Source: Camelus ferus (Eukaryota). Taken from it: DNA of 64,000 nt. The notes beneath the pieces were generated by a model. That model saw only the letters and a program-made list of their open reading frames with translations. It was not told where the DNA came from and did not search any database. Position numbers and translations under genes: made by a program. Each line of letters starts with the position of its first letter. Within the stretch, counting starts at the first letter, position 1. Positions 1 to 12,113 of the stretch are shown in pieces. Location of the stretch: positions 86,058,001 to 86,122,000 of the forward strand of contig NC_045696.1 in assembly GCF_009834535.1 (NCBI RefSeq). Direction: 5' to 3'.

Positions 1-1797
1 CAATGATGTGGATCGGATGGGCCAGGTGTCAAGAAGAGAACAGCCAGCATCAACTAAGAAGACAGGTTTGGAGATGATACTGTTTGAACAGGTGCAGGAT
101 ATCTACAAGTATAAAATATGTCCTCTACTGAATGGAACATGTCCAGTTGGGATAGGGGCTGATTTGTAACAGATGAAGAAAATCTACCAAACACCTGTTA
201 GGTTTTCAGAAGAGAAAATGTTAGTGGTGTTAACTAACTAGGTTGTCTGATGATTATAAAAAAACTATTATGAGACAACTGAAATTTAAGTTTAATTTTT
301 CTGTAATGCATCATCACCCTGAATTAATTCCCCTGGAGATGTGGGCAATACTAACTTGCCATCAGCAAAGCAATTTCTGCATGGGAGATGCTTGAGGACA
401 GAGTAAAACATAAGTTGGAACTTCAGATTTATAGGCAAAAACCATAAATTATTTCACTAATACAACCAAATTGGCTGATTTGACTAAATTCTTACAACTG
501 CTTTTCAATTCAACTATAGAATTGATTTATCTGGTTGTGTACTTACTTATGAAAGGACACAAGTTGGATGTGAAATATTTTTATTTTAAATCAGATGTGT
601 TGCTTGTTTCTGGTGAAATCATTTGTAATGCCACCCTTAGACTAGTTTGAAGTTATTATAAATCAAAATTATTCAAAAAATTGAACCAAAACAGTTATAC
701 TTGGAGGTACCTCTGAAATATTGTCCAGTATGGAAATTGGTATTTAATTTGAAGATAATATCAAATGTTTTATATTCAGTCTAATATATCATAATGTCTA
801 GGTATGATATTCATGTGATCTATAAAACAGAAGTATAATACCTATAAATAAAGAACTCTTATAGTACCTATAATTTACTTAAAAATAGGCAAATCAGTAC
901 TCTTGCTCAAAAGTTATATGGTAATAGATATGCAAATATATTTGAAGTGATATGATTAATTTAAATTTTGTAAAAATTTTAAGTACATTACAGTAGCAGT
1001 ATAGATTATTTAGAATCTTTATTCTATAACTAAATCTGAGACCCTAACTTTTTCAGCACAATGTCAAATGCTTACAAGCATTTTTAATATTTATTACATA
1101 GGGGTGTGCCCACCTAAAATAGACAAAGTAATTAAATGACTGTGAACTTGTCATACATATCAGTATTTCTTTAGCATATGTAGTCTTCAGACCTCTTCCT
1201 GAAAAAAATGGATCAGCAGGTTAAGCAACTCAAATCATTATAACTCTTGCAAACATTAAAAAATGTATCTGTTGAAGAAAGTTTAGCATCTCATGGTATC
1301 TCAGATATTATTTTTTCTTAATCTCATTAGTTTATAAATTAGAAAATGATTTAAAAATTTATATTAAGAGAGTCATAGGACAGGACCAGAATTAGTAGTC
1401 AAAACACTTGTTAGTCCATTGCTTTTATCAAACCAAAGTAAAACAACAAGCATAATTAAAAATAAATCAGCAACTACAGTAGAAGCATTATAAGATGCCA
1501 CTATTTTTTTAGTGTTTCACAGTTGCACATACTTTCACATAAATATTTTTAATATGGTAGAAAAATGTGCAATTCTCAAAGGAGATAAATCATTCTATTA
1601 TAAATACACTCAAAGTTCTTTAAGATCTGTGGCCTTTGTTTTGAATTTTCTACCTCTTGGTATTTGGGTGCCTACAACCAAACTTAGTCTTAGTTTGTTT
1701 TAAAAAATTGTTTAGCCACTTAGCCTGCTATATATACTACCCTAGTTAATTTTATAATGCTAATTCTAAAGGTTCAACTTTAAATCTCAAGACTCTC

Positions 1798-1860
1798 AGA
1801 ATATGATTAGTTGAAAAAAGAAAAATTTTTAAAAAATTAAAACAAGAATATGATTAGTTG
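1798..1860 (+). repeat. 16-bp direct repeat (AGAATATGATTAGTTG) flanking a 31-bp A/T-rich insert; probable tail-only retrotransposon insertion with TSD
   Basis: Identical 16-mers at 1798-1813 and 1845-1860. Insert is aaaaaagaaaaatttttaaaaaattaaaaca. Confidence 0.75.
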
Positions 1861-2059
1861 GACACAGACTGTGGCCAGAGCCACATATGAGATAACACAG
1901 TGCTTAATACCTGCCTGATTTTTGAAGATAAATTCAGCACAACAGGTGTAAATGACACATTCACTTTATCCAAATCCATTCCCAAGATAAAATTCTGCCT
2001 TGTGTTAAGAGGCCCTACTAACTTTGAATATTTACCCTCCACTTGGCCAAGGATTCCAG

Positions 2060-3068
2060 CAAGTGTCTTTTTCTCCACCTCTACCCAGGCATGAATAGCA
2101 ATTGGACTCAGCCGTCAGAGTGATGTCATTTCCTTTGAGAATGAATGGCTTAGCATGGATGTTTATCATTTCCTAGCCAATGGGACATGGGATAAATTCT
2201 ATTGGGAGTCATGAGTAATACTTTCCTCTCTCATAAAAGGAGGAACTCGGGAGTAGTTGCCTCTCTTTTCTACGTCACATAACGACGTGATACCTAGGAT
2301 TACTCTAGCAGTTTTCTAACTATGGGGAAAGAGTGTAGGGGAAAAAGTTTTAACAGATAATGACAGAACTGCAAGATGAAAAGCATCTGGAGATGAAACA
2401 TCTGTATCATTAAGCCATCAGCTCTTAAATTCTAGAGACTTGTTACTTCTTTACAGCCTTCTTTATAGTCTTAAAAATTATTAAAGACTCCAAAAAGCTT
2501 TTGTTTATGTGAACTATAGCTATCAATATTTACTGTATTAGGATTTAAAAATGACAAACTAAAAAATACTATGTATTAATTTACTTAAAAATGAAAATAT
2601 GTCCATTATGTGTTACCATGAATAATGTATGTTATAACTATATTTTCCGAAGTAAAAAACTTGTATGAGAGGTAGCATTACTTTGCACTTTTGCAAATCT
2701 TTTCAATGTTTTGCTTGATAGAACACAGCTGGATTCTTGTGTATTTTTTTGCATTCAGTCTGGTTCTAATTTCACACATAATGTAGCCCCTGTAAAATGT
2801 CACTGTATACTGTGAGAGAAAGAGTGAATTAAGCAAATATTATCTTGGTGTTATTATGAAAATCATTCTGATATCAAGGATACCTGAACTTTTTTCTGAG
2901 ATACCCAGGTGTCTCCAATCCACACCGGGAGAACTTCTTTAACAAACTACCTCAAATTAAGTACTCTGAAGTTATTATTGTGAAATAACATACCTTTTAT
3001 TATTCAGGGCACTTTCAGTAAGTTGTTCATGGCTGATGTTCGTGGCTGAAATAACTTTAAGTGAAACA
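2060..3068 (+). mobile_element. Ancient MaLR LTR (MLT1K/MLT1L-like), split by a DNA transposon
   Basis: Motifs ctagccaatgggacatg...ctttcctctctcataaaagg...gtgatacctagg...gcaagatgaaaagcatctgg. The 3' part resumes at ~2941 and ends ...gctgaaataactttaagtgaaaca, like MLT1K-type termini. Confidence 0.6.
2419..2938 (+). mobile_element. hAT-Charlie non-autonomous DNA transposon (Charlie4a-like)
   Basis: cttaaaaattattaaagactccaaaaagcttttgtttatgtg...tatcaatatttactgtattag near the start. The end ...cccaggtgtctccaatccacaccgggagaac resembles the Charlie4a consensus. Confidence 0.7.
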
Positions 3069-4879
3069 ACAGCAAAAATATTGCAATCAGAATTCACAGA
3101 TTTTTTTTTTTTTTAATCTCATAAGATGGCTACTAAGGCCTGGAACAATTATTCTATGTGTTTACTTTGCCCACGTTCTAATGGTTACTAAAATTCTAGG
3201 CAAAGAGGGCCATTGGATTAAAAATAAAGAATAAAATGATATTCTCATGAAACACCTATTAGCCTCTGAAGGAGAAGTTAGAATTGTCACGTAGGAGGGC
3301 ATCAAAAAAAGCTTTGATATGAATAGTTAGCTCATACACATATTTATATACATATGCCATGTTTAATGGTAATCACTATATAATTATTTAAATTATTATA
3401 TAACAATAATGATTACTAGTGCATATGTTATAATATGTTTTAGTTGCTCAGTTGGGGGAAGATAAAGTTTAAAACAGCTAGAGATAACTTAGGTCTCAAC
3501 AAACCTCTACTGAAAGACAAACCTCTATAATGTATTCAAACTTTTAAAATATGCAAGAAAAGCAGGAGTTAAATTATTTATGTGTAAATGAACTCACAAC
3601 GATGAAAGATTCTAATTTTGGTTTTAAAACTTTTATTTTAAAAATTTTTATGAAAATCCTAAGTTGAGACAGCAGAAGCTGTAGAAGTGTCATTTGAAGT
3701 AGAAAGTATGATTATTGTTCCACCTTGTAGGCGAAGTTTTGTAGAGTTAGAGTTCCTTATTTTGCAATGCTAGGCTTAATGTTTGAAATTGTGTAAATGT
3801 AAAATTTTAAAATAGTTAATTCATTATTGAATAACAAAGTTATATGTTGAAATATATATTCTGGGATAAGTGCAATTTACTTTATTGGAATGGAAAACTA
3901 TTGAAGAGCTAACACCCCAATACTGAAAATTTATGAGGCCATAAAATTAATTACATTTTAATTGAAAGTCCAAACTATTCTTCCTAAAAAAAAATCATAG
4001 TTAAAATAAGAAAATACATATCTGAATAGTAAAGACAGAAATGCATTAGAGAGTATCAAATTTTTAATGGTAGATAACTCAGAAACTATTGTTTAAGTAT
4101 TACTTTGAAAGTGCCTTTCTTGGAAATAAATTTTAGTTTATTATTAAAAAAAGGAAATTTACATGAAAATTGGTCTCTGAACCATGTCTTTAAGTTTGAA
4201 GCCTTATGATGAGATATTTAATTAAATATAATGCTTTTTCATTTTTTATGAAATTGATTCTAATTTATACAAAGTTAATATTGTATGACTTTTCCTTATT
4301 TGACATCCAATGAATATAAACAAATGGAGAAAACTGGTGCAGCTGAAATGAGTGTTAAACTAGTTTATCTTGAATACTTGCAACTCATCAACTCATTGGA
4401 ATATTTAACAAGTGACCAAAATAATTTTTACTATATGTTGAAGTTTATTTTAACATTTATTTTCTAAAAAAATTCAAAATTAAATATTTGTGGAAAGATT
4501 TTAGTGAATTTTTTATTTAAATATTCATGAAATACATAAAGGTTTACAGTGCTTTGAAACTTGTGCTATTACAAAATTATTTCTTTGTAGAACTAATGAT
4601 AATGGATTTTTGAAACAATATTTTTGTTATGCTGTTTCCTTTCATCTTGCCCCTGTACTGTGTGTTAAACCTCCACTAGAGTTGCCAAGTTGTTGTTTCT
4701 GCCATCTGCCTTGAAACTACCATCCTGTTGCCAGGTTTGGTAGCTGCTTCACTGTTTTCGCCAAGTAGTACGTTTTATTTCTCTGGAATGCTTTCATTTC
4801 AAGCACGGGTTATTTGATTCTGTTTAATAAGAGTATAGCTTTCTGTTCACCTTTATGTATCCTTCCCCAAAATCTATAA

Positions 4880-5279
4880 AACCCATCCAACCTAAATGTT
4901 CAATAAGAAAACATTGGAATAACCCTAACTGATGTGTGTTCTACAAAATATATGACTAATATTCTTCAAAAGTGCCAAGGTCATGAAAAACTAGCAAAGA
5001 CTGAGAAACTGTCACAGATGGGAGGAGACTGAGACAGAATGGCTAAATACAATGTGGTATCCTGGACTGAAGCCTAGAACAGAACAAAGACATTAATGGA
5101 AAACCTGGTGGGGGCATTGGTTTAGTTAATAGTATTGCATTAATGTTAAATTCTTAACTGTTGATAAATGTACCGTGATTCTGGGTAGGGGACACTGAGT
5201 GAAGGGGATATAAGGGTTCTTTATTGTAGTTGCAGCTCACTATAAATCTAAAATTATTTAAAAACAAAAAGTATAAAAA
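4880..5279 (+). mobile_element. L1MC-type LINE-1 3' UTR end
   Basis: aaaagtgccaaggtcatgaaa...gactgagaaactgtcacagat...aatgtggtatcctggact...taaatctaaaattatt followed by an A-rich tail. Confidence 0.8.
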
Positions 5280-5451
5280 GTTAAGTGAATATGTAGTAAA
5301 ATTTGCCAAAGACCTGCAACTTTCCCTAGGAATTTAAGTAATCTCTAAATATAGATGCACAGGTGGTATGAGAGGTGAGGGACAAGATAGACATTTTTGA
5401 TGCATGGCTTTGACAGTGCCAAAAAATGACCTGAGCTTCCCCAGACACAAA

Positions 5452-5531
5452 TTATTTTATTTATCCAATAAAAAATGAGTAAATCTTCAATTTATTTTAT
5501 TTATCCAATAAAAAATGAGTAAATCTTCAAT
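5452..5531. repeat. Perfect tandem duplication, 2 x 40 bp
   Basis: ttattttatttatccaataaaaaatgagtaaatcttcaat at 5452-5491 and again at 5492-5531. Confidence 0.95.
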
Positions 5532-5589
5532 TGACTTTATAACTATATTTCAGCAACTAATTTTTTTTAATGGCATTATGTTTAGAATC

Positions 5590-6290
5590 AGTAAAATACA
5601 GGGGAGCTTTCTATAGCCAAGTTTCTTATCCTTATAAAATTTACATTCTCATGGAGGAAACAGAAAAAAGCAAATGGACCAGGTAACAAGGAATTTATAG
5701 AATGCTAAAAATTCTAGAAAGAAAATAAATATAGATTCTTTAAAGGCAATGCGAGAGAAATTAATGAGCCCTGTGTCTAGACTTTGTAGTCTTAAGGCAG
5801 TTAAGGTTTATGCCTAAGTAACAGTAATACAGAGATGTGTGATTTGTGTAAGAATTCTTAGAATGAAGAAATGACTCATGTTTCCCTGAAAACATGAAAA
5901 CACGATGGTCATTTTATTTGTTTGGATTTTAATAGGTCTGTGGGATTTGAGTAGTATATAAAGGTAGAAGGAATTCTGAGTCAGAAAAGAGTTTGGATAT
6001 AATATAAAGAAACTGAAAAGAAGCAGTGGAAGATATTTTGGGTCTTCTGCAAACCTGAGAAAATTTTACACAGCGATTGGTCAACAAATACTGAATAAAT
6101 TAAAAAGTGTTGAATTATAGATTTTGGATATACAGAGGCCTTTAAAAACTAAATTAAGGAAAAATGATTTTATTTATGTGTCACATTAGGATAAAGGCAA
6201 ATTTAAGTAATAGTTTCACAAGATCAAATTGATGGTATGGTTTTGAAAAAGAATGGAGCCAGAAAATCAAATTAGGACCTAACAGTAACA
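5590..6290 (-). mobile_element. L2 LINE fragments (3' portion)
   Basis: ccttataaaatttacattctcatggaggaaacag and gaggcctttaaaaactaaattaagg...ggagccagaaaatcaaattagg resemble antisense L2. Highly diverged. Confidence 0.5.
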
Positions 6291-6785
6291 ACAATAATAG
6301 TGACTAATACTTAGGAACTCACTGTATGTGTGACAATCTTCAAGTTATCTTATGCTTATCTTGCATGTGTGAATTTCTACTACATACACTATATTAGGTA
6401 CAGTTGAACAATGTGGGTGTCAGGAGCACCAGCACCCCTCCTCCACACACTCCCGTGCAGTACACAGTCTTCCTCCAACTTTACAGTTGGCCCTTTGTAT
6501 CTTTGGTTCCACATCCACAGATTCAATCAACCACAATCATGTAGTATTATAGTACATATTTATTGAAAAATATCGGAGTAGAATGAGCCCCATAGATCAA
6601 ACCTCTGTTGTTCAAAGGTCAACTGTATATTATATTAAAGAAACCTATGATGTAGCTAAAAACTACTATTATTTTCCTAATATGAGAAAATAAAGTCTCT
6701 TAGTAAAGAATTTTCCGAATATCAGAGTCTGTTGTGAGTGGTAAAGGAGAGATTTAAACCTAACAATCACAGAGTTTGCATTCTT
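6290..6785 (-). mobile_element. MIR SINE, interrupted by Tigger2a
   Basis: aataatagtgactaatacttagg...tcttatgcttatc, then aaacctatgatgtag...gagtggtaaaggagagatttaaacc (antisense MIR core). Confidence 0.55.
6401..6625. mobile_element. TcMar-Tigger MITE (Tigger2a/MER8-like, resembling the artiodactyl Tigger2a variant)
   Basis: Termini CAGTTG...CAACTG with TA on both sides (6399-6400, 6626-6627). Internal cagttggccctttgtatc...ccacagattcaatcaacc and end tgttgttcaaaggtcaactg. Confidence 0.85.
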
Positions 6786-7135
6786 TTTTTTAAATTACTT
6801 TGTTGTTGATTAATGATTAATGACAAAAAGCTGTACATAATTAATACATACAATTTGGTGAGTTTGGAAATAAGTATACATATGTGAAACCATCCCTACA
6901 ATCTTTTCCATGAACATATCCATCACCTCCAAAATTTTCCTCCTGCCATCTTTATTTATTATAACTTTTTTGTGATAAGAACATTGAACATAAGATCTAC
7001 CCTCTTAGCAGATTTTAAGGATACAATGTTATTAACTGTAGGCACTGTGCTGTACAGCAGATCTTTAGGACATTCTATTCCTCTTGCATAACTGAAATTT
7101 TGTACTCTTTGACTGAGGGAGAAATGAGAGGTATT
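6786..7135 (-). mobile_element. 5'-truncated L1MA/L1MB-type 3' end with a short inverted 5' segment
   Basis: T-tract, then catatccatcacctcc...taagatctaccctcttagc...ttgcataactgaaattttgtac. Diverged TSD cagagtttgcattctt (6770-6785) and cagagtttctgttctt (7139-7154). Confidence 0.85.
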
Positions 7136-7174
7136 AATCAGAGTTTCTGTTCTTAAGTGACATGCACTATCATG

Positions 7175-7420
7175 GCAGAATGTTTGGTCCAGGATGATGA
7201 TAGTGAGAATGGAAGGAAAGATGGATTAAACTACTGTAATGAACAGAATCAGAAGAATGTGGTAATTTCATGAAGTTTAGAGTTAAAGAAGAGAAAGAGT
7301 ACTTGATGACACCAATATTTCAAGCCTGAGGGAAAAAAGGGATTTACTAACATCAGAACAAGGAGATGGTTCTGTTTTGTGGGGATAAAATATAATGAGG
7401 TCATTCTAGCAGAGGCTGAA
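7175..7420 (-). mobile_element. L2 LINE fragment (continuation of 5590-6290)
   Basis: gatagtgagaatggaaggaaagatggatt...gatgacaccaatatttcaagcctgag...ataatgaggtcattct resembles antisense L2. Confidence 0.6.
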
Positions 7421-9785
7421 TCCGTAGGGCAAGTTTTATTACTATGTATGAACCCTAGATCCTCCGTAAGTCAGAAAATGAGCACAGCTTATCTGTGCAG
7501 ATATCAGTTTGTCTTTACAGCCTCGTTTTCCGTTTATAAGATTCACATGTTCTAGAAAAAAAACTAAAATACATTTCAAGTCTTTTTTAAAAATCACGAA
7601 TAATTCAGCTTTCCTTTTCAAAATAAAAAGTCTGTATGAGAGATGAGGAAGAAATAATAAAGTCCTTGTGATGCCTTCATTTCTTTAAGGATTTATTTAG
7701 TGTCTTAAAATAGTCTGATTCCACAGTTATAATGCAAGCAGTGATTTAATAGGGAGCATGGGATAAAGTCAGTCCTCATACTTTATCCACCCTCTTGCAT
7801 CTCCGTCATTAATAATGCTGCTCATTCTCAGTGTCTCTTGTATTAGTTCAAAGTCACGCTAACAGCCACCTAACGAAATATACCTGACATATAGATTGGG
7901 AAGGAGGTACTGGGTCACTGAGTTGATTGGAGCCATTTTCAATACGTATGACAGATATCTTCATTATATTAGCAAATAATCCCGAATTTAAAATATATCT
8001 TTTGGACTCTTTTATGCAACAAAAAACTCAATTATAAATATGAAAATACATGGGAATTGCAATATGCATCTACTTTTAAAAGTAGTTCCTCTTAATTTGT
8101 CTCCATACTCAGTTTTAGGGACTGTGTCTATAATGATACAAAAGGACATATTAAAAATTAATTCAATTTATGAGTGACACAGCAGACCTTTTAAGGTGAG
8201 TGTTTTAGTGAGGTTTCAAATTTGTATTATTTCATTTTCATCTCATATTCTTGTATATTTGTTTTAAAATAATTATGAGTATTTTCATTTTTATCCTACA
8301 TTGTAATTTTTCACCTTTTCTTCACTCTTCTATTTTTTGTTTTGTTACATAAAAGATTTCAAAAGAATGGTTTTTACTTTACCTTTCCCTATAAATAAAA
8401 TATGGCTAATTGATTTTGATGTAAATATCCACTAGCACCTGGATAAAAGAAACTGCAAATGAAAGCTGATCTCTTTCTTCCCTTTGTCAGCCATTTTATT
8501 TAACAATGGTTAAGTCCTTATTTTAATACATAGATAATGTCACACAAGTTTGAATCCCAAATGAATTATTTTAATCTACCTTATAGTGAAATTTAGCTCC
8601 TTCCTCTCTTTTAAATCTATTTTACCACTTTTCAATTTTGCCATCCTTGGGAGGGCAGGTCAGAGGATGATCTAACACTGTAGATATAGAAACAAATCAC
8701 TGCTCTTGGCCAAGGGTCTACAGGTTGAGCAAGCCAAGCCCTGTCACTCCTTATGTAAATATGTGCAGGCAAGATATCATGTATATTGTCTTTGCCTACT
8801 GCTATTCTTAACTCCCAGCATATAAAGAAATATCATGAGTTAATTCATTTAATTCTTACAAAACCATAAACAGTATGTTTGCACTCCCTTTTTATCAAGC
8901 AAAGAAACAGCAATGGCTTGATAAGAAATCATGGCAAACGTTTAGAACAAAAATTTGTGTAATATTTATGCCTGTTCTGTTTGCTGTACTTCGTATTGTG
9001 ATGGCTCTGTTTTTGCCATTGATGTGACATGGCAGTAGGTCTTTGGGAAGGTCTTTTCCACAATATTTGGAATTGCAGCTTTTGCTTCTATATGTATGAT
9101 GTTCTGTGTTGTCTCCATGGTCAGAGTCAGTGAAGTTGAATTGATATTGCTCTCCTAGTGTTTTTCACTGCCTGAGGTTGCAGCAGGAGAACAAGTGTGT
9201 AGTCCCACTCCTGCTGGAATGCTCAGCCTGGGGTAGATTAGTCTCACCTTTGCTAATATAATGCTGTTTTGTCATTGCCCTTCCACCAAAATGCAGGAAA
9301 CTCTTGAAATTCATTTTTGTGTTTAATGGAGTTCTCTTTTATCTAGATTTCACATAGTTCTGAGCACCTAAATTTAGAGCACTTTCTCCAACCAAGACTA
9401 TGACTACAACTGAAAAAAATAAGAGCACTTAATTATCCATCTTGGAATGACTCCCTTCCACCATGTATTCCAGTTTTGTCAATGGGGAAATTTTTTCACA
9501 CATATTCTTATGACATTTATATACACTGGAGCAATAATAAGGCATCTGTATCTCCTCTGATAATTTCAGGGAAAAAAAATCCCTCCTCTCAGGTTCCTGA
9601 GATAAATATCATATGCTGTCTTACTTAGTTAGGTAATTCTTTGAGATCACCCTTCACTCTTTACATTTTCACCAGATGATCTCTTTCTAGGACTCGGCAC
9701 AATCATCAAAACGTCTCTGACTTGATCAGATTCCTGGATTAAAAGAGGAACTATGCTATGTTTAGGAAAATTAGAAATAGATGGT

Positions 9786-9787
<2 letters not shown>

Positions 9788-9852
<65 letters not shown>

Positions 9853-9885
9853 GCAGGCAGGCAGGCAGGCAGACAGATAGATAGA
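9788..9885. repeat. Compound tetranucleotide microsatellite (GATA)16(GGCA)5 GACA (GATA)2
   Basis: Read directly from the sequence. Confidence 0.97.
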
Positions 9886-10589
9886 TTGACTTCTCTGACA
9901 GTCAGTTGAATTTCCAAAGCATAACAATCTATTACAGAATTGTTAGAGATTGTTGTACATACCTCTTTTCAATGCAGGGCACAATAAGTAAAAAGAAACC
10001 AAAACACATCAGAAACTTGCTAAAAAGATTCAAATGGAAAAATGGTGAGAAATCTTCTTTAAAAGAACACTCATCTGAATTATTTATAATTGTAAAAGAA
10101 TATACACACCATTCTCTTTGTATTGCCAATGAGAAATTAAAATCTGCCCTAGGGTCCATTAGGCTCTTTGAAAAGCTTCTGCAAATAGAATATTGGTACA
10201 ATAGTTATTATTATGACCCATTACTAAAAATGCACATCTGAAATACTCTTCAAATATATGTCTCATATTTGGGGCAACTATATGATCTGTGGCATAGCCA
10301 CCTACATTTAGGCGAACAATTGTAGTTATTTGAACCAATCAAACACAGACATACACAAACATATATTAATAATCAGGTTCTTGCCAACTGAACTTGATGA
10401 GCTCAAAAGGACATTTACTGTAGAAAGTGTCAGAACTTTTTGTTCTAAACAAGTGAAAAATACATGAATTATTCAAGGATTATTGGAATTAGAAGATTTG
10501 AATCTGAATCTCATCTCTGGCTCTTTTTCACTAGAATTGTTTATATTGATGGTGTTAAAAAAATGAAAAGAAAAGAAAATCTGTAAGTA

Positions 10590-11460
10590 GAGTTTTATAG
10601 GAACATTTCTACATTTATCAGAGAATACATAAAAGTAAAGAAAAGTAACAAGTGAAGCCCATCTTCAGTCATATCACACTAATTCACAAATCGTGATAAT
10701 TGTGTGAGTATCTGTCCAGTTATTCCATTTTGTGTATACTCTAGTGTTCCCACTGAAAATATCATCTATTATATCATTAATACTGTCATTAACTGGGTTA
10801 AATTACTGTGTGCTCTTTTTGTTTTCTTACTTCTAGCACTCACCTGACCCCAACCATGACAAGTAACAACTTCAAAAGATTAAACAAAATGGTATTTCTC
10901 ATCATGGTTATAACTCTCTCGCACTCATGCCCTTTGCACTTAGAAATATTGGGTATTTTCTTACCGTCTTAGGAAAATGAGCTCATATTACATAAAATGA
11001 TCAGCATCTTGCTTTTCTCATCTATCAATACAGGGCAGAAGTTTCTATCATCCAACTAGAATTAGTTCTAAGGAACAGTCACATAATATTTCATGAGTCT
11101 AAAATATTTATGCATCTCTTCCCCTATTACTTGCCTATTGAAGGGTTTCCACTTTCAGTCTAGTTCGATTTTTGTTTTATTTTGCTTTTGCTACTGCAAA
11201 CAATGCTTCAGAAAACATTCTGAAGAACAACTTGCTGAGAATAGAGCTTTCCAACATGATATTCTTTCATTTTTTGGTATAGAATCCTAGGAACTGATTT
11301 GCTGAGACAGTGAGTACATGTTTAATGCAACAGTTTTTAAAATATACTCGTATTTCTATAGTACGGAGTCCCAGAAATGAGATTGCTGACTCAATGGGTA
11401 CATTTGTAATGCAATTGTTTTTGAAATATGCTTTCAGTTTTACAGTATACAGTTCCAAGA
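10590..11460 (-). mobile_element. Old L1ME-type 3' fragments
   Basis: aaaatgagctcatattacata...cttgcttttctc; ttttgctactgcaaacaatgct; cccagaaatgagattgctgactcaatggg (antisense L1 ORF2 end and 3' UTR). Confidence 0.6.
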
Positions 11461-11683
11461 ATTGGATTTCTGAGTAAATATGTGCATTTTTATGCCATAA
11501 TTTCCAAACAATATTCTATGAAAACCTAGATTTTTTTGGAGAAGACTTGTTGTTGCTGTTGCTGTTTTTTTTCTGTTTTCTAAGGGGCTGAGTGGGTATC
11601 TATTCAGTATCTACTGGGTGGTACGGATAGGCTCACTTTTGAGTTTCAACCAGAGCAGGTTTGCTTTTTATGTACTTAATAGA

Positions 11684-12113
11684 ATGCTATGGCAGCTATT
11701 TTAAACTATGCATTAGAATCTGTTTCTCCTTTTCCCTGGGCATACATCAACCTTGCATTTCCTAGCTTCTCTTGCCGTTTCATTGGGCCATGTGTCAGGG
11801 TTCTAGACAACAGAATGGGAACAGAACAAATGAGGAGAGCCACTTAAAGCCTGGCCCATAGAAACCCCCCACATGTGCCACATGACCTATCCACTTTCTG
11901 GCTGACCCAGTGGCATCTATCATGATGAACTTTGAAGCCATAGTTGAAGATTAAAGAAGTTTTTTTAGTTTAAGTGATTTTAGGGAGGTGCATCCTCCTG
12001 ATGGCCAAGAAAACTCACCTTTGAAATTATTTTGCAGAAAAAAATCATGTTATGTTTACACCACTGTACATTTTGATACCAATTTATGGCACAGGTAATA
12101 TTAACCTAATAAC
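11684..12113 (+). mobile_element. MaLR LTR (MLT1J-like)
   Basis: gcatttcctagcttctcttgc...ggccatgtgtcagggttctag...gccacttaaagcctggcccatagaaacccccc, ending ...taacctaataaca. Confidence 0.75.
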
